A DNA stretch of 64,000 nucleotides. Source: Marsupella aquatica (Eukaryota; Plantae; Marchantiophyta). Below, one piece after another: positions 11,701 to 24,327 of this stretch. Both the position numbers and the translations under genes were made by a program. Position 1 is the first letter of the stretch, and the number at the start of each line of letters is the position of its first letter. The DNA lies in contig OZ316895.1 in NCBI GenBank assembly GCA_973895155.1, forward strand, positions 17,989,880 to 18,053,879. Reading direction: 5' to 3'. The notes beneath the pieces were generated by a model that did not search any database, had not been told where the DNA came from, and saw only the letters and a list, made by a program, of their open reading frames with translations.

Positions 11701-13969
11701 CAACTGGCAATGCCCATAACTTTCTTGATAGGCATCCGCAAGCGAAGTGCCTTAGCCCGTTCTGACCGGGCCGACCCAGTGCTCATGCCTAGGCCTTCAG
11801 GTCTGATCGCCGCTCGGGGCCCCCGACCGGCCCAACCCGGCTCGGGCCACAACTTGCGCCCCAAGCGTCCGTTGCCAATGGCATCAACTCCATTGGCCAT
11901 GGGCCCAAGAGGAGCTCACTCCCAAGCCCTCAGAACTCGAAGTCCATCCGATGGTTTGGACGGCCACCCTTGAGCCCGGCCCATTTCCCCTTGACTCAAC
12001 CAGCCATAGGCTAGTCCAAGTCCTTAGTGTGTGTCCCCAGCTTGGCCCTTTGCCTCGCTAGTGCCACATCTCATTGCCCACAAGTCTCCCCATGCTAAGT
12101 CCTCCTCGGATGGCCTATCCGGGCCTGGACCGTAAGGGAGCTCGGCGTCGGAGTCAGCGACGCCGGAGCTAAGTGTTAAGGTAGTCGAGTTCCGCGACTC
12201 CCGTGAACATCCTTAGGCTGCCTTCCCTCGGCTTCGGGACTCAAGGCTCCTACATACATTCAAATCCCCGGCTCGTGTTCCGGCCTCCTTCTTTCCTTGG
12301 CTCCGGTAAAGGGGTTTTCCTTCATGAGTCGGCTTAGGCCGACCTCTGAAGTAGTGTCCTGTACCTGTGCCATTGCCGTTGCCGTCCTCTTTTCCTTCTC
12401 CAGCAATTTCAGCAGATTCTGCATGCCTGGTTGCTGCATCGGCAAGTCTTCTGTCCTTGGCCTAAACACCTGCTCGATTGTCGGGCTGGTTGGGCTTCTC
12501 TGGTGCCGGCCTCTGTTCTTGAACCTCCTCTAGTGCCCTTGCCTGTAGGGGAAGTATCGGGGCAAAGATCCGACTTTGGGCATACCGGCACAACAGCGGC
12601 ACATGATAGCCAAGCCGGGACACGCTTCCCTTGTCGATCACCTGCTGTTCCTCCTTCAAGATCTTCTTCAGTTGGGTGAGGAGGTACCCATTGTAGTTCT
12701 GGTCTCTCTGCCAGGTAGACCTGCGCCTTGCCAATCTTTGGCCTCGGCTAGTTGCAATGCATGGTTACCCGCAAGAAATTGATTATCTCTCCTATGTGCG
12801 GGTTGGTGCAGGTGTTCTGAAAGAAGCCATTCTTCGTTGATGGCCCTGGGAACAACCGGAACTCCTTGTCTGGCAAGGTCTTCCGGGTATCTACTTTGGT
12901 CTTATTGCCCATCGGCAAGCCAAACACTTCAGCAATCACCCGGGGAGTGAGATAGAAATCCTTCCCATACCCCCTTGTGGAATTGGTCTTGGGCTCCCAA
13001 GATCCCACAAATTCTAATAAGTCTGAATCCGGCACCTCCGGCTTTAGCCATGGTAATTTCATGAAGGCTTCCAAGCCGGATCCGGCCATGAAGCCCTGGT
13101 ACTTCCAAGTCTGCATAGCCGTAAAGCATGCATCCTCTTCACGTGCAAAGTGTAATTGCACTTCCTCGGGGAGGGTCGCCGCCCAGCCTTTCCAAGTGTC
13201 ATCCCTTGTTGGAACGACATTGATGGGGTCAAACTCCTCTTCTTTGGCTTCTTCCTGCCTCCTGCTCCCTTGCTCGGCTGGCTTCCTTGGTGCTACCAAC
13301 CTTGTTCTCTTTGCAGGGGTGGTCTCTTCGTTGTTGTTCCCTTTCCTCTTCATAGCTGCTGCCGTGGATGTTTCTCCGAGGACGGTTGCCTTTGTCCATC
13401 CCTCCGTGCTATCCTTCAACTCTCAGTGTATGTCGTTGCAGCGGTTGATGGCTTCCCGGATGCTGACTATTCTGTTCTCGCAAAACAGAAGGTCATCTAG
13501 CTCGTCGCCAGTAGGTGTCCACAAGAATTCAGCCGTGATGAGTTCTCCTCCTAAGAAGGCAGACTTCTGCAACTCCCACAGTCGAGCGAGCTCCTGTTGT
13601 TCTTGAGTTGCTCTTTTTGATTCTTTGTCCTCGTAGGTCCCAATGTACTCAATTTCCCGTTCTAACAGGCATCCCCAAAAATGAGCAACTTGATTGATAT
13701 TGCTCATATCCTTCTTTGAATTGATAGTCTGTATCTGCTCCCGCCCCGAGTGCTTGCCTAAGTAGCTGACAGTAGTTGGCTTCACGTAGTGTCGTCTGCT
13801 TAGTTCGTGCTTGCAAATGAGCCACCCTTCCTTGCAATCGGTCCTTACCCCCCTCTTGCCTAGTCTTCCTTCCCTTAGTTACCCATAGCCACCAATACTT
13901 AGCGCGCCCTAACCCTAATCGTGTTTCCTCCCTCGACGTCCTTACTTCCAGCCTCGGCTCGGGTTCCAT
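8762..13969 (-). pseudogene. Disrupted copy of the family A LTR-encoded protein
   Basis: ORF pieces 13423-13785, 12748-13419, 9985-10749 and 8762-9835 are colinear with the 934-4556 protein. Confidence 0.88.
10707..12199 (-). mobile_element. Family F element (1,493 bp, AGT...ACT ends; probable solo LTR)
   Basis: agtggtgg...ccgcgact with TSD CCCGT (10702-10706 / 12200-12204). Homologous along its length to 34301-35803. No long ORF. Strand inferred from a TATA-like motif. Confidence 0.8.
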
Positions 13970-14496
13970 AGTTACCCTTAATTGTTTATATTTTCCTTGT
14001 TTTTGTTACTATACTAATGTGTTTCGAGGGTACACTCTTGATTTTTACCATTTAAACTGGCCTAGTGATTCCTGGCTAGGCATCACACAACACTGAACCT
14101 TCTTACTAAGGGACTTAGATTTAGATTTGTTCTAAGATCTAGATCTAGATTGATCTGCAGTACGCTCAATGGATCTACCTCTAACCATTAAGGCAGCACA
14201 CTCATCATCACGGGAAGATAGATATCGCTTGCTCCATTCTGCAAGAATAGTAGTCTTCATCGCATCCAGCTTCAACGTAGGCTTGTCATGCGTGTTGACC
14301 GTTACCAACGTTGAAAAGCTCTTTGGAAGTGACATCAACAAATGCATTGCAAGGTACTCATCGGTCAACTTATCTCCCGCCATGGTCACCTCGTGCACAA
14401 TCTCATCGAAGAGACTAAGATGATCATGCATGTTTCCACCATCCTACAACTTCAACCTGAATAGCCGCTCCAACTGGTAAATGCGAGTAGTCAATG

Positions 14497-14783
14497 CTCG
14501 GGGGGTTGACTATCAACAATCTTAGGAACCACGTGCGATCCAAAATAGGTATTTTTCATATAAATTAGCTAAATTTTTAAAAAGCGTAGGAAGCAAAAGA
14601 AGGTATTATAAACCTATATTTGTAGAATATTTGCTAATATATATTTTTTATAAAGTAAAATAGGTCATTAGTATTGAAAATAGAGAATATTTTTAGAATA
14701 TTCCCATTATAAAATAGGTGTGTTTATATTAGGCTAGGATCGCACGTGGTACCCCAAAATATACACTAAGTTAACCCCCCGAG
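14497..14783. mobile_element. MITE (287 bp) with 8-bp TSD
   Basis: TIRs ctcggggggttgact / agttaaccccccgag, inner inverted pair ggaaccacgtgcgatcc / ggatcgcacgtggtacc, TSD AGTCAATG (14489-14496 / 14784-14791), AT-rich core. Confidence 0.88.
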
Positions 14784-16120
14784 AGTCAATGAAGTACTTT
14801 GGTATAGCTGAATAAGCGTATCCCAAATCTTCTTGGCGTTGCGATCCATCCCCAACACGTTCTTGAGAATGTTGTTCGCCAAGAACAACTCAATTGTACT
14901 ACACGCCTGCACCGACATGTCTTCCCAATCCTCATCTATAAGAGTCGGGGGCTTCACTCCAGTGATGGTCTTCTCAAGACCCTGCTGGATCAACACGTTG
15001 GTCACCTTCCGAGTCTAGAGGCTAAAGCTGACCTTCCCATCAAACTTTTCCACCTCAAACTTTGGCGCCGCAAGCTTTCGTGAAGTCATTGATGCTGACA
15101 CAAACACACAGGAAACACAAGTACCAAAATACCTCTACACACAATCACCAAAAATGAAAGTTGGCAAAAGTGGAACTGTAATGCACCACCGCATAGCCTG
15201 CAAGGTACACTACCAATATCTAAAAACAATTTGGCAAAAAACTGCTTTAAAAAAAAGTTATCCAGAATTTTTATTTTTTTGGTCCTCAAAGCACCCGCGG
15301 AATGGTGTTTTGTGGGTCACTATTTTTTCCCACCGCCAAATTGCCACGGAACGGTGTTCCGTGGGTTCTGTTTTTTTCCCACCAACGAACCGCGATGGAA
15401 CAGTGTTCCGCGGGAGACTATCTCACCACCACTGAGTTGCGATAGAACAGTGTTCTGCGGGTGAAATTTCTCACCACCACTCAGAACAGCCCTAAACATG
15501 GCGTGATTTTTGGACAAAATCAGTGTTCACTTGTCATTTTCTATTTGCCCTAAGTAACAACCACACCTCACCGCTACAGTGCCCGGCAGCTGCGTACTCC
15601 ACTCGTACTCCACCACACAAATTGTCGGCGTCGCAGAAAATTGTTGCGCAACGCAACCCAAGAGGTGAACAAAGAAAAAATTGAGAAAAACCATGAAGAA
15701 AAAAAAACATTTACATTTTCCCGAGAAAACATCAACCCAAGACCCCGTAAGAGATCAAGCTGAGCACAAAGACTCCATAGCCAAAGAGATTAGGCTACAA
15801 ATAGCAAAACATAAAACAATATTGCTCCGCACTCGCCGGATGAAAAGCTGTGAAATTTCACTGAGACGAAGTGCTCGCCGATGCGCACAATGAAACGCAA
15901 GACTGTCTGCCTGACAGTACATTCAAAAAACCAAAGACACATCTGACACTTCTGATGTGAAGTTTCAATTGGGAAACCGTCACTCCTTCTGAACGCAAAA
16001 CCTCCAGCGCACAACGTCCAGTGACACAATCACACAAATTGTTGAAAACAATTTGATCTGTCACCACGATTCAACACAAAGAATACTCTCACCACTGTCC
16101 AGGCAACCAAACGTCAAACA

Positions 16121-16136
16121 CGAAGCTCTGATACCA
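16121..16136 (-). promoter_or_regulatory. Primer-binding site (tRNA-iMet) of Copia 1
   Basis: Minus strand reads tggtatcagagcttcg, 2 nt from the LTR end. Confidence 0.92.
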
Positions 16137-16138
16137 CT

Positions 16139-16434
16139 TGTAGGAAAACCGTTAGCTCCAGACTAGACAGCAATGCGGAACATGAGAGCACTCAATTTCA
16201 CACTACACCAACAAGACACCACGATCATGGAGAAACTCCTGAAGGATCCATAGCTCATGAGATTGAACATGTGAAGAATGAGAGAGAGAATGCTCTCCCT
16301 CCAACCTATACCCCCAAGGGGGACTAAGATGTGTGGGCCTAAATAAGTGGATCTTATCCTAAAATAACCAAGGGTCAATTAACCCTAGTAAGGTCAAACT
16401 AACTATAGTCGGGAACTCGAGTCAATTCTTAACA
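16139..16434 (-). repeat. Copia LTR (family E), 5' LTR of Copia 1
   Basis: tgtagg...cttaaca. Homologous to 23566-23853 and 33770-34060. Confidence 0.88.
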
Positions 16435-16621
16435 ATCTCTTCCTTAGATCTTCTCATTTTTTAAGCTTAGAATAAATAGTGTTGAAAGCCAGACCACGAG
16501 CAAGTTAAGTGACAGGTGACTGCTGCACCTTCATCATATTTTTTGACAACTAGTCACGGTGTTACCCCAAATGCTACAACATTGAAAGGATACAGGTCCT
16601 TACTGCACCCTACCTCGACAT

Positions 16622-16781
16622 TGGAAAGAGATGTTCTACTATAAACATGTCCTCCTATGTTGGCAAAGTTGGCAACCAAATACAATTACTATGCAGCAAA
16701 TTGGGAAGAGATGTGCTACTATAAACATGTCCACCTGTGTAGGCAAAGTTGGCAACCAAATACAATTACCATGGAGCAAAT
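16622..16781. repeat. Tandem duplication, ~80-bp unit x2
   Basis: aagagatgt..tactataaacatgtcc..ggcaaagttggcaaccaaatacaattac occurs twice. Confidence 0.8.
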
Positions 16782-18327
16782 GTAGGAGTGGCTACTAGAC
16801 ATTAAAAATTATAATACAAGGTTGAGCCTTTTTATAAAGTGATCCTCATTCAAATTTGCAGTGCCAAAAAAAGAAGTAATCAATAAACAGAAAGGTTTAC
16901 ACCAACAGTGAATTAAATGTAGCATGGACCTAAAGGACGGGAAACTTTTATACACAAAAAGAAATCAAATGGTGACAACAAAAGACAAAAAATGAAACTA
17001 ACCTTGTTGCATGCACGAGTATCAAGGAGGTCTTCACTTTCTCATTATGAATGCACAACATGAATGCACAAGAAAACAATATTAACTACATAGTGTAATC
17101 ATGAGAGAAAATTAATTGAATGAAATCAAGCACAATACCTTATTTGGTACAAGGAGGGGACAAGTTACTATTCATGAGAGCAGCAAGGGCTCTCCATTCC
17201 AAAAATTCACTTTTGGTCAATCAAATTACTTTTATTCTTTTTGTGATTAGTTAGATGAAAAGACTTAATCAAGAGACACCACTGTTAATTAATAAAACTA
17301 ATCTCCAGGTTGTGAAAACAAATAAACTTAGGTTTAATTAGAGATGACCATAAACTCTCTACTTGTTTCTCCTACTTTGATTACTTTTACTTTGTAGCTC
17401 CGATCATCTCTTGAACTCTTTCTGTCCATTTGTTTGTTGTTCCAAGTTTCCAACCCACTTCGACTAATCTTCCTTTAAATTGATTATGTACATTTGCCCT
17501 ATCCATCTATGCCTAAAGCTTGAAGACAATGAAGACAAATCGCAAACCAATCAAATGCATCCGCTGATCTAGCAGTGAGAGAGCCAGGCTACAATTGCAT
17601 GTAGGTGTTGCTCTGTGCAGGACAACAGCGATCTATCTATCAATTCATCAACAACATTAAGCCAAGTATTGTTGTTGTGATAGAGGAGAACAAAACTGTC
17701 TCTCAGCAACAGCACTTCCGGTTATGTGCCCAACCAAACTTTGCTATGTGCCCGATATAATTATAAATATATAATTCTACTATATTTTTGGCAAAAGTAT
17801 AAGATAAATAACACATTAATCATTTAAATCAATTGTTATGACTATTTCACTTCAATCTATAAATCAATTATTTACCATAAAGTAGTCCATAACGATGGTC
17901 TTTTTCTTCACAGCCACTACTAAAATAATATGATAGAAATCTTACATGTACAAACTCTAGAAAAAAATGGGAACCAATCCTAGCCCTTCATTGAAAATCT
18001 GTTTTCTAAAACCTTTGGATCCATCCATACCCCTTTTAATCTCAATTACCTCTTTCTAAGCTACCCATAGTCTACCCAAACATGAGCAAGATAAACAAAT
18101 ATTTGAGTATTGATTTAAAAGTAATTATTAAAATTTAGATTTAAAGAATTAGATTATTAAGTTTAAAGTTTTCTAAAATCTTGAGTATAAATAAATATAT
18201 GAAATGTTCATTTCTCTAAAAATTTAAAAACATGTTTTTTTATCACTCGGTTGGACACTATTTTACGGTGACTGTTATCTCGCATCTCTGTGCATGCAAT
18301 GCTCGGGTTGTTGAACACCATCACAAC

Positions 18328-18669
18328 TGTTAGGTATTTACTCAAGGTCTAAGTTACAACATGTAATCGTAGTTAGGCTAACTGTAGTCAAAGACTGAGT
18401 AGGTTAACTAGGATGCACACTATATGCCAAACTGTGTTTATTTGGATAAGTGGAACTTAGGCTCATTGTTACAAAACCAGTTGAGAAATAAGGAGAGCTT
18501 GTGTTGTGGAAGCTAGGTATGGTCGGTTGGCCTAGAGTGCAGTAAAGCTCTTGTGTGTTCCTATGGACATAGCCTCATGTGGAGGTGAACCACATGTCTC
18601 TCTATGTTGACTACTTGGTCGTTGGATGTGTCATGTGCTTACCTTTGCGATTGTCATCTATGCTCAACA
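18328..18669 (+). mobile_element. Small solo LTR (342 bp)
   Basis: tgttagg...ctcaaca with TSD ACAAC (18323-18327 / 18670-18674). Related sequence on the opposite strand at ~23224-23490. Confidence 0.75.
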
Positions 18670-18679
18670 ACAACTACTT

Positions 18680-19300
18680 TACCTTGCCTTGACATATTTT
18701 TCTCATCTTGCCTATTTTCTCACATTGAATCTTTATCTCACCCTTGACATCTTTTTTTTCTTGATATTTGTTTCTCTCCTCAAAATCTTTTCTCACTTAA
18801 CCTGATATCTTTTCCTCACCTCCACATCTTTTCTCACCTCAACATCTTATCTTTTTTTCACCTTAACATCTTTATCTCACCACAACATCTTTCCTTCACT
18901 CTCAACATCTTTTTGCTCCTCGACATCTTTTCCTAATCTTTACATCTTTTTCTCACCTTGCCATGTTTTCTCTCTTTGACATCTGTTTTTTGCCTCAACT
19001 TCTTTTCCTCACCTCAACATCTCTTTTTCTCATTGACATTTGTCTTCACTTGTTTATCTTATCTTTTTCTCACCCTCACATTTTTATCTCACCCCCAATC
19101 TCACCACAACATCTTTCCCTCACCCTCAACATCTTTTCTTACCTCAGCATCTTTGCTCATCTTCACATATTTTTCTCACCTCGCTATCTTTTCTCTCTCT
19201 GACATCTTTTTTCATCTTGACTTCTTTTTCTCATTGACATCTTTGTTCACCTTGACATATTTTCTCTTCTTGACATCTTTCTCTCATTTCAATTTCTTTT
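18680..19300. repeat. Degenerate pyrimidine-rich minisatellite (~20-bp unit, ctcaccttgacatcttttt-like)
   Basis: Many recurrences of acatcttt and ctcacc(t/c) at roughly 20-bp spacing. Confidence 0.8.
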
Positions 19301-21936
19301 TCTGCATGTCATCATAGTCCAGTGCGTCAGACAGCAACTAGCTCAATTATTGATCAACGCTGTAGTAGATAGCATTTTATTGGACGCAACCAACTGAAGT
19401 TTAAGTTCCTACGGTGCCCATGCCTCTCTTGATGCATTGGATATCTGCAAGTGACCGTTAAGGGGGGGGGGGGGCTTGGTAACTACACATCAAAATATGA
19501 CATATATTGTGTACAACATCACTCCATACCATGATAAACTTGTAATTTTCTTTAAATTGATGAGTGCAACCCATAGAGATAGTTAATCTCATTAGTTATC
19601 AGTTATTTTCATCAGCCAATCTGATATCAGCTGCCACCTGATCTCAGAGAGGCAGTCAAGTTGCGGTGCGAGGAAAAAAAAGGGAAATTCCTTCATTTTT
19701 TAAGAAACAATTAAGGGAGAAAGTTTTTTTTTTAATTTTGTTTCACTATGGGGTGTCTGTACCCCATCATCAGTCAAGATGGGTAGGTGTCCGTACAGTA
19801 TAGACGTACCCCATCAGCCAAGATGGATAGGTGTCCGTACAGTATAGATGCAAACAAAATCCAAGTGTTTTTTTTCCCAAAAAAAAATCAGATTTTTTTT
19901 ATTTTTTAAATGTTTTTTTTTGTTGCATTTGCCTATCTTGGCGGGGTCAGCCAAGATTGAATCAATCTCAACTGCCAAGCTGAGATGCGCTGAGGTACAA
20001 AGGCCCATCTCAACTCAGATTCAGAAAAAATTGAGATAACTGCTGATAACTCATAATGTTGTGTACCCCAGCAGAAGCCAAGAGCTCACACTAAAAATGT
20101 GCTAGCTAATAATGGATACAATACAATCTGGGATACAATTTCACAATTATAATAGAGATTCATTCATGGAATCTCACATATGTACTGTATGTTTTCAGGT
20201 ATCGAATTAGAGTGATGAGTTGAAGGTGAGAGTTCATTCTTGGTGCAACATCTGGTCCACGAGGTAATTTGTGTGATTTTACCTTGAAATATGTTACTTG
20301 CACAGATTTCAACTGAAGTGACCTTGACTTTATGATTTGGACCCGTGACAACTATTAATAGCTGATCGCAGATGATTGCCTTTCAAATGGGGAAATGGAC
20401 GGAATGCGACCGTCCAAATTTATCATAGACTGGTTCAGGGTGTAACAATCTTGGAATATGAAAGTCGATTGGCAGAGGCAGATTATGCCCAACTTTTCAA
20501 AGCGCAGGCGCGCTTTGTGGTTGATCGCAGGTTCATGAGGTCAATAATTAAGCGGGTAATTAAGTGAGGCTCCCAGAGGAATCTCTTTCTCTGAAAATCT
20601 GGACAAAGACCAATTCTATTCAGCCTTTCGTCCCAATGTAAACAGGTCCTGTTCGGAATATCCCCAGTTCATATTTGGTGAATTGATTTGTGTTGTCTTT
20701 CCTGTAGAAACGACGATTTTAGGCCAGGAATTCGATCGCAAAACCAGAAGGATTAAGTGTAAGTTCAAGATGAGCAAGTGCGAAGGGACCTGGCGAGAAA
20801 TCCTTAAAGATGACCTTTGGATTGCTTTCATCAGCTATTTCTGTTGTTTTACTGGAGTCTGTCATGATATGCGTGAGAGTCACTAGCGTCATTGTACTCG
20901 TGGAGACCAGCGGACGGTAGCTGAACATGGTTGCTCTCTGTATGGATGATGTCTTCGACAGAAGCCGCCAACCATCCATGGTGAACACGACATTTCTCTT
21001 ATTTTGACATATTGTATGGGTTCGAGGTGACATCTAAGATTCAAATTGTGCACTAGTCTTCAGGAGATTATGAGGCTTACATGCTTTCTCGTCTTGAGAC
21101 GCCATATCTTGCAAGTGGAAGAAGACATTCTCAGAATGTTCGGACACTCTCTTCAGAATATACGAGAAAACAAATTTAAAATATCTCTCTTTGTGAACTT
21201 AGTGCTATTTTAATCTATCTAGCATCCAGTCAGCTCACCCTAAATCTATACGCAAGTCTTCCTGAGCATGAAATGTCACAAAGATGCCAATCTCGCGCTC
21301 TCTTCTATATTCAATCTTACGACTTTCTTGGGTACACAAAAATTGAGGCAAGACTGAATATCGTATTGAGTACAGCTTACATAAACTGTAGTTATTAAAC
21401 AAAATACCCTCTCGAGAACCATGGGAAGTCTGGAGGTTGGTTACCTGTTATTTCGGACCATTCAAGTGTCCTTCTACGACGATACATGAGCATACGATGA
21501 AACGATGGAAAGACCAATGCGATGGGAAGTGTCCTGTGACACTTGCACAGAAAGGTCAAAAGTCGGAATGGGCGGTTGGAAAACTTCCAGGATTTTTGGG
21601 TTACAACTCTTATCCTCAATTATCGAATTATAATCAGAGTAGTCACTGCCAGTTTTGTGAAAGCCGTAAACAGCGTCACCCCAATAGGTTATCGCATCAT
21701 ATACTTCATCAAAGCATTGGCTTTGTTCATCACATAAAAGATGACCACAGACATGCAAGCCTCCGGTGGGATACAATTCTTCGATTTTGAAACAGTAAGA
21801 AAGGATCTCGAGAGGAAACAAATGTCCTACTGTTAAAACACTTCGGACAAGTCCATAAAAATTCGAAAGCAATAGAGGGGCAATGATGTACAATGCAAAT
21901 GAATGGTTTGTTACATGCAGGGAACGAAGATAACGT

Positions 21937-22464
21937 CTATCCTTTCAAGCGGTCAGAGATGTCGAGATCGTCCTCTGTTCCCTTTCTCCCGAACGCAACC
22001 TCTTCCAAACTCTGCCCTATTCTTCGATAGCGCCCTCCAGTCTCTACGAAAGCCGGGCATGGCCTGAATGCTTTGATTGGCCACCATCCAAATCCTGGAA
22101 CTGCTCCGATTCCTCCTTGAATCCTTCCTTCCCCATTGCAGCCTCCCAATTTCTCTGCCTTCCCACAGCCTGGGCATTCTCCGCCCCCTCCCGCTCCGTC
22201 CTTCAGTTCCAATGTTACAGTAGTTGCCGTAGCAGGAGCTGAGCTGGTGGATTCTTCCACGGCTTGGACTCTGGTAGATCGAGATGAGGCCCTTCCCGCT
22301 GCTCCTTCCGGCAACTGGAGAGATGGAACTGCGCTACCTGCTTTCCTGCATGAGACTGCTTGACGAGAGCCGAAAGCACGAGCTGCTGAGGAACGGTCTC
22401 CGCTCAAAAGAGGGAGAGCATTTGGGAAACATCCAGAGGTGCTAACGAATGAAGAGCAAGCCAT
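21937..22464 (-). CDS. Conserved plant protein of unknown function, predicted chloroplast-targeted, Cys-rich C-terminal domain
   Basis: Uninterrupted 175-aa ORF with ATG context gccATGG and a Ser/Ala/Arg-rich transit-peptide-like N-terminus. C-terminal CPGCG...GCNGEGRIQGGIGAVPGFGWWPIKAFRPCP motif, which I recall from land-plant proteins. Confidence 0.85.
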   Translation of the reverse strand: MACSSFVSTSGCFPNALPLLSGDRSSAARAFGSRQAVSCRKAGSAVPSLQLPEGAAGRASSRSTRVQAVEESTSSAPATATTVTLELKDGAGGGGECPGCGKAEKLGGCNGEGRIQGGIGAVPGFGWWPIKAFRPCPAFVETGGRYRRIGQSLEEVAFGRKGTEDDLDISDRLKG

Positions 22465-23223
22465 GGCCTTAGGTGTTGTCGTTAACTCCTATGCAATCTC
22501 CTGGATTTTGCTGTCGATTCACCGCGCCAGACCGAGCACGTAATTCGCGAGTGGGGAACAGAAAAATAGAAAGAGCAGTCCCTAATAGAATCCACTCTGG
22601 TCGAGAGCTCTCTATATCAAGTTGACTATATGTTGAGAGAATGGCAACTCAAAGAGAGCAACTTAAAGAGCAGTAGACTGGACTTCAGGGGTGTCAGGCA
22701 GAGGAGGAGAGGAGATATGTTTTAGTTGTCTGCCATGGCCATCAATCACCAATCCTCGTTCGATCTTGGGAGAGACGCTGGTTGACTGGTTCGTTCTCTC
22801 ATACAGATAGCGCGCAGTTGTAAAAATCTGCTGTCTGAAGAGGAGCAGCTGGCGTTTTTCAACACACGACAAACTGGATAGTCTGAACAAGTTAGAAACC
22901 AGGCCTGGTCACCGGCTGACACTATGGTTTGACACTATGTTTTGTGACATTGCTGTTTTGGCATACTATGTACAATCCTTCGGAGAATAAGTTATGGGGC
23001 CATTTTGGGTCCCATCACTACATGTGAACTTTGTTGAATCAAAATAAATAACTTATAGAGTCAAAACCTCCTAAGTAGATTTTGAATATGTAACCAAAGC
23101 AAAGACTCTTGCAAAACATTTCATGAAGACAGTACGTTGGAAAGAAATTTAAACACTATAAGATGCAATCCAGTTTTATCTTTCTCATCATGACATTTGT
23201 GAAGTGTCATTCTGGTGGAAAAT

Positions 23224-23490
23224 TGTTGAACAAAAGACCGCTACTCAAAGACAACATGCACATGTGCAATATGACGAACAAACAATAGTTAACACCAGAA
23301 ATATATGGTTCACCTCCCAAACTATGTCCACGTGACACGCAATAGAGCCTTAATGTACTCTTTGTCAGCCATGCCAAGTATAGACTAAGCTCTCCCTATC
23401 TCTTAGAGGGCTCCATAAGAATGAACCTTAAGTTCCACTCACTAACTAAGTCTTGTTTGTGACTCTAACCTTAACCAAGCACTTGACTTT
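23224..23490 (-). repeat. LTR fragment of the same family as 18328-18669
   Basis: Starts tgttgaac. ggttcacctcc, ctatgtcca and taagttccact are reverse complements of motifs in 18328-18669. Confidence 0.6.
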
Positions 23491-23493
23491 TGT

Positions 23494-23995
23494 TGTTGGG
23501 AATAAATCTAGACTGAATGAGACAGCATCAACACAGGTGAACAGCATCAACACAGGTGAACAGCATGTTAGGAGTTCCCTACTTAGTTAGTTTGGCTTTA
23601 CTAGGGTTATTTAACCTTGGATTACATTAGGATAAGATCCGTTTAGTTTAGGCCCACTCATCTTTGACCCCCTTGGGGGGTATAGGCTGGAGGGAGAGCA
23701 CTCTCTCCCTCGTTCTTCACATGTACTCTCATTTGCTATGGAGCTTTCAGGAGTTTCTTCACTCGGGGTGTCTCGTCGGTGTAGCGTCTGATTGAGTGTC
23801 TCTCACATATTTCCGCATTGTTGTCTATAGTCTGGAGCCGACGGTTTCTTACACAACATCCATAGACTCCGACACTGAAGGTATGTGGTTCACCCTGTCT
23901 AGGCTACATCCATGGCCATGAGAGAAATCTAGTAATACTCAATGCGATTACACCTGCTCCATAGCCAACGTGCTAGAGCTCCTCCTCTCACCTCC

Positions 23996-24036
<41 letters not shown>

Positions 24037-24202
24037 GAGACTGAACCTTCAAGTGTGAGCACAAGTTTGTGTTCCCCTTGGGTGTACCCCTCCCATGGTC
24101 TATGGGAACCTGGAACTCAAACTAATGTTATCCTAGTCTACTGAAGTCTACCTAGTACTATGGAAGTATATAGCTAGGTTATACTAGAGGCATATCCTAA
24201 CA
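23494..24202 (-). repeat. 3' LTR of Copia element 2 (contains solo LTR E and a (CT)n tract at ~23999-24033)
   Basis: ...cctaaca at 24202 is followed by aactccccctc (PPT gagggggag on minus). Left end tgttggga is approximate. Confidence 0.6.
23566..23853 (+). mobile_element. Solo LTR of Copia family E (288 bp)
   Basis: tgttagg...tcttaca with TSD CAGCA/CAACA (1 mismatch). Reverse-complement homologue of 16139-16434. Confidence 0.82.
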
Positions 24203-24327
24203 AACTCCCCCTCAGTTGACTCTACTCCTCAGCTAACTACCTAGTAGTGTTACTTGTAACTATCCGTATGAATCTCCTCAAGAAGTTCTAGAAGGTAAAA
24301 CATATAAGTTTTCTCCCTATACCTTAG

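Larger units (their letters stand above)
7868..14087 (-). mobile_element. Solo LTR, family A variant (A'), carrying an F insertion
   Basis: tgtggtgcg...ggcatcaca with TSD CAACA (7863-7867 / 14088-14092). Splits the Copia gag zinc knuckle. Confidence 0.92.
6628..15089 (-). pseudogene. gag-pol: Copia gag-protease-integrase pseudogene
   Basis: ATG at 15089 gives MTSRKLAAPKFEVEKFDGK. Zn knuckle CWHCHEKGHTKWSC, protease WMLDSGSSYH, LWHARLGH, integrase VYSDVWGP, RSDNGGEY, PQQNGVAER. Contains stops and frameshifts. Confidence 0.92.
6628..16434 (-). mobile_element. Ty1/copia element 1 (Tnt1/Tork-like), 5' half, interrupted
   Basis: 5' LTR 16139-16434, Met PBS, gag-PR-INT order, interrupted by A', a MITE and B. 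Confidence 0.9.

Noticed and set aside
16900-17600. Possible spliced gene or transposase remnant on the minus strand
   Set aside because: Only short open segments and splice-like dinucleotides, with no recognisable protein motif.
18958-19317. Phe/Leu/Ser-rich membrane-protein ORFs
   Set aside because: Translation artefact of the pyrimidine-rich minisatellite.
19590-20052. Possible MITE (agttatcag ... ctgataact) with an internal ~36-bp duplication
   Set aside because: The inverted match is short and I could not fix a TSD, so it is not reported as a feature.
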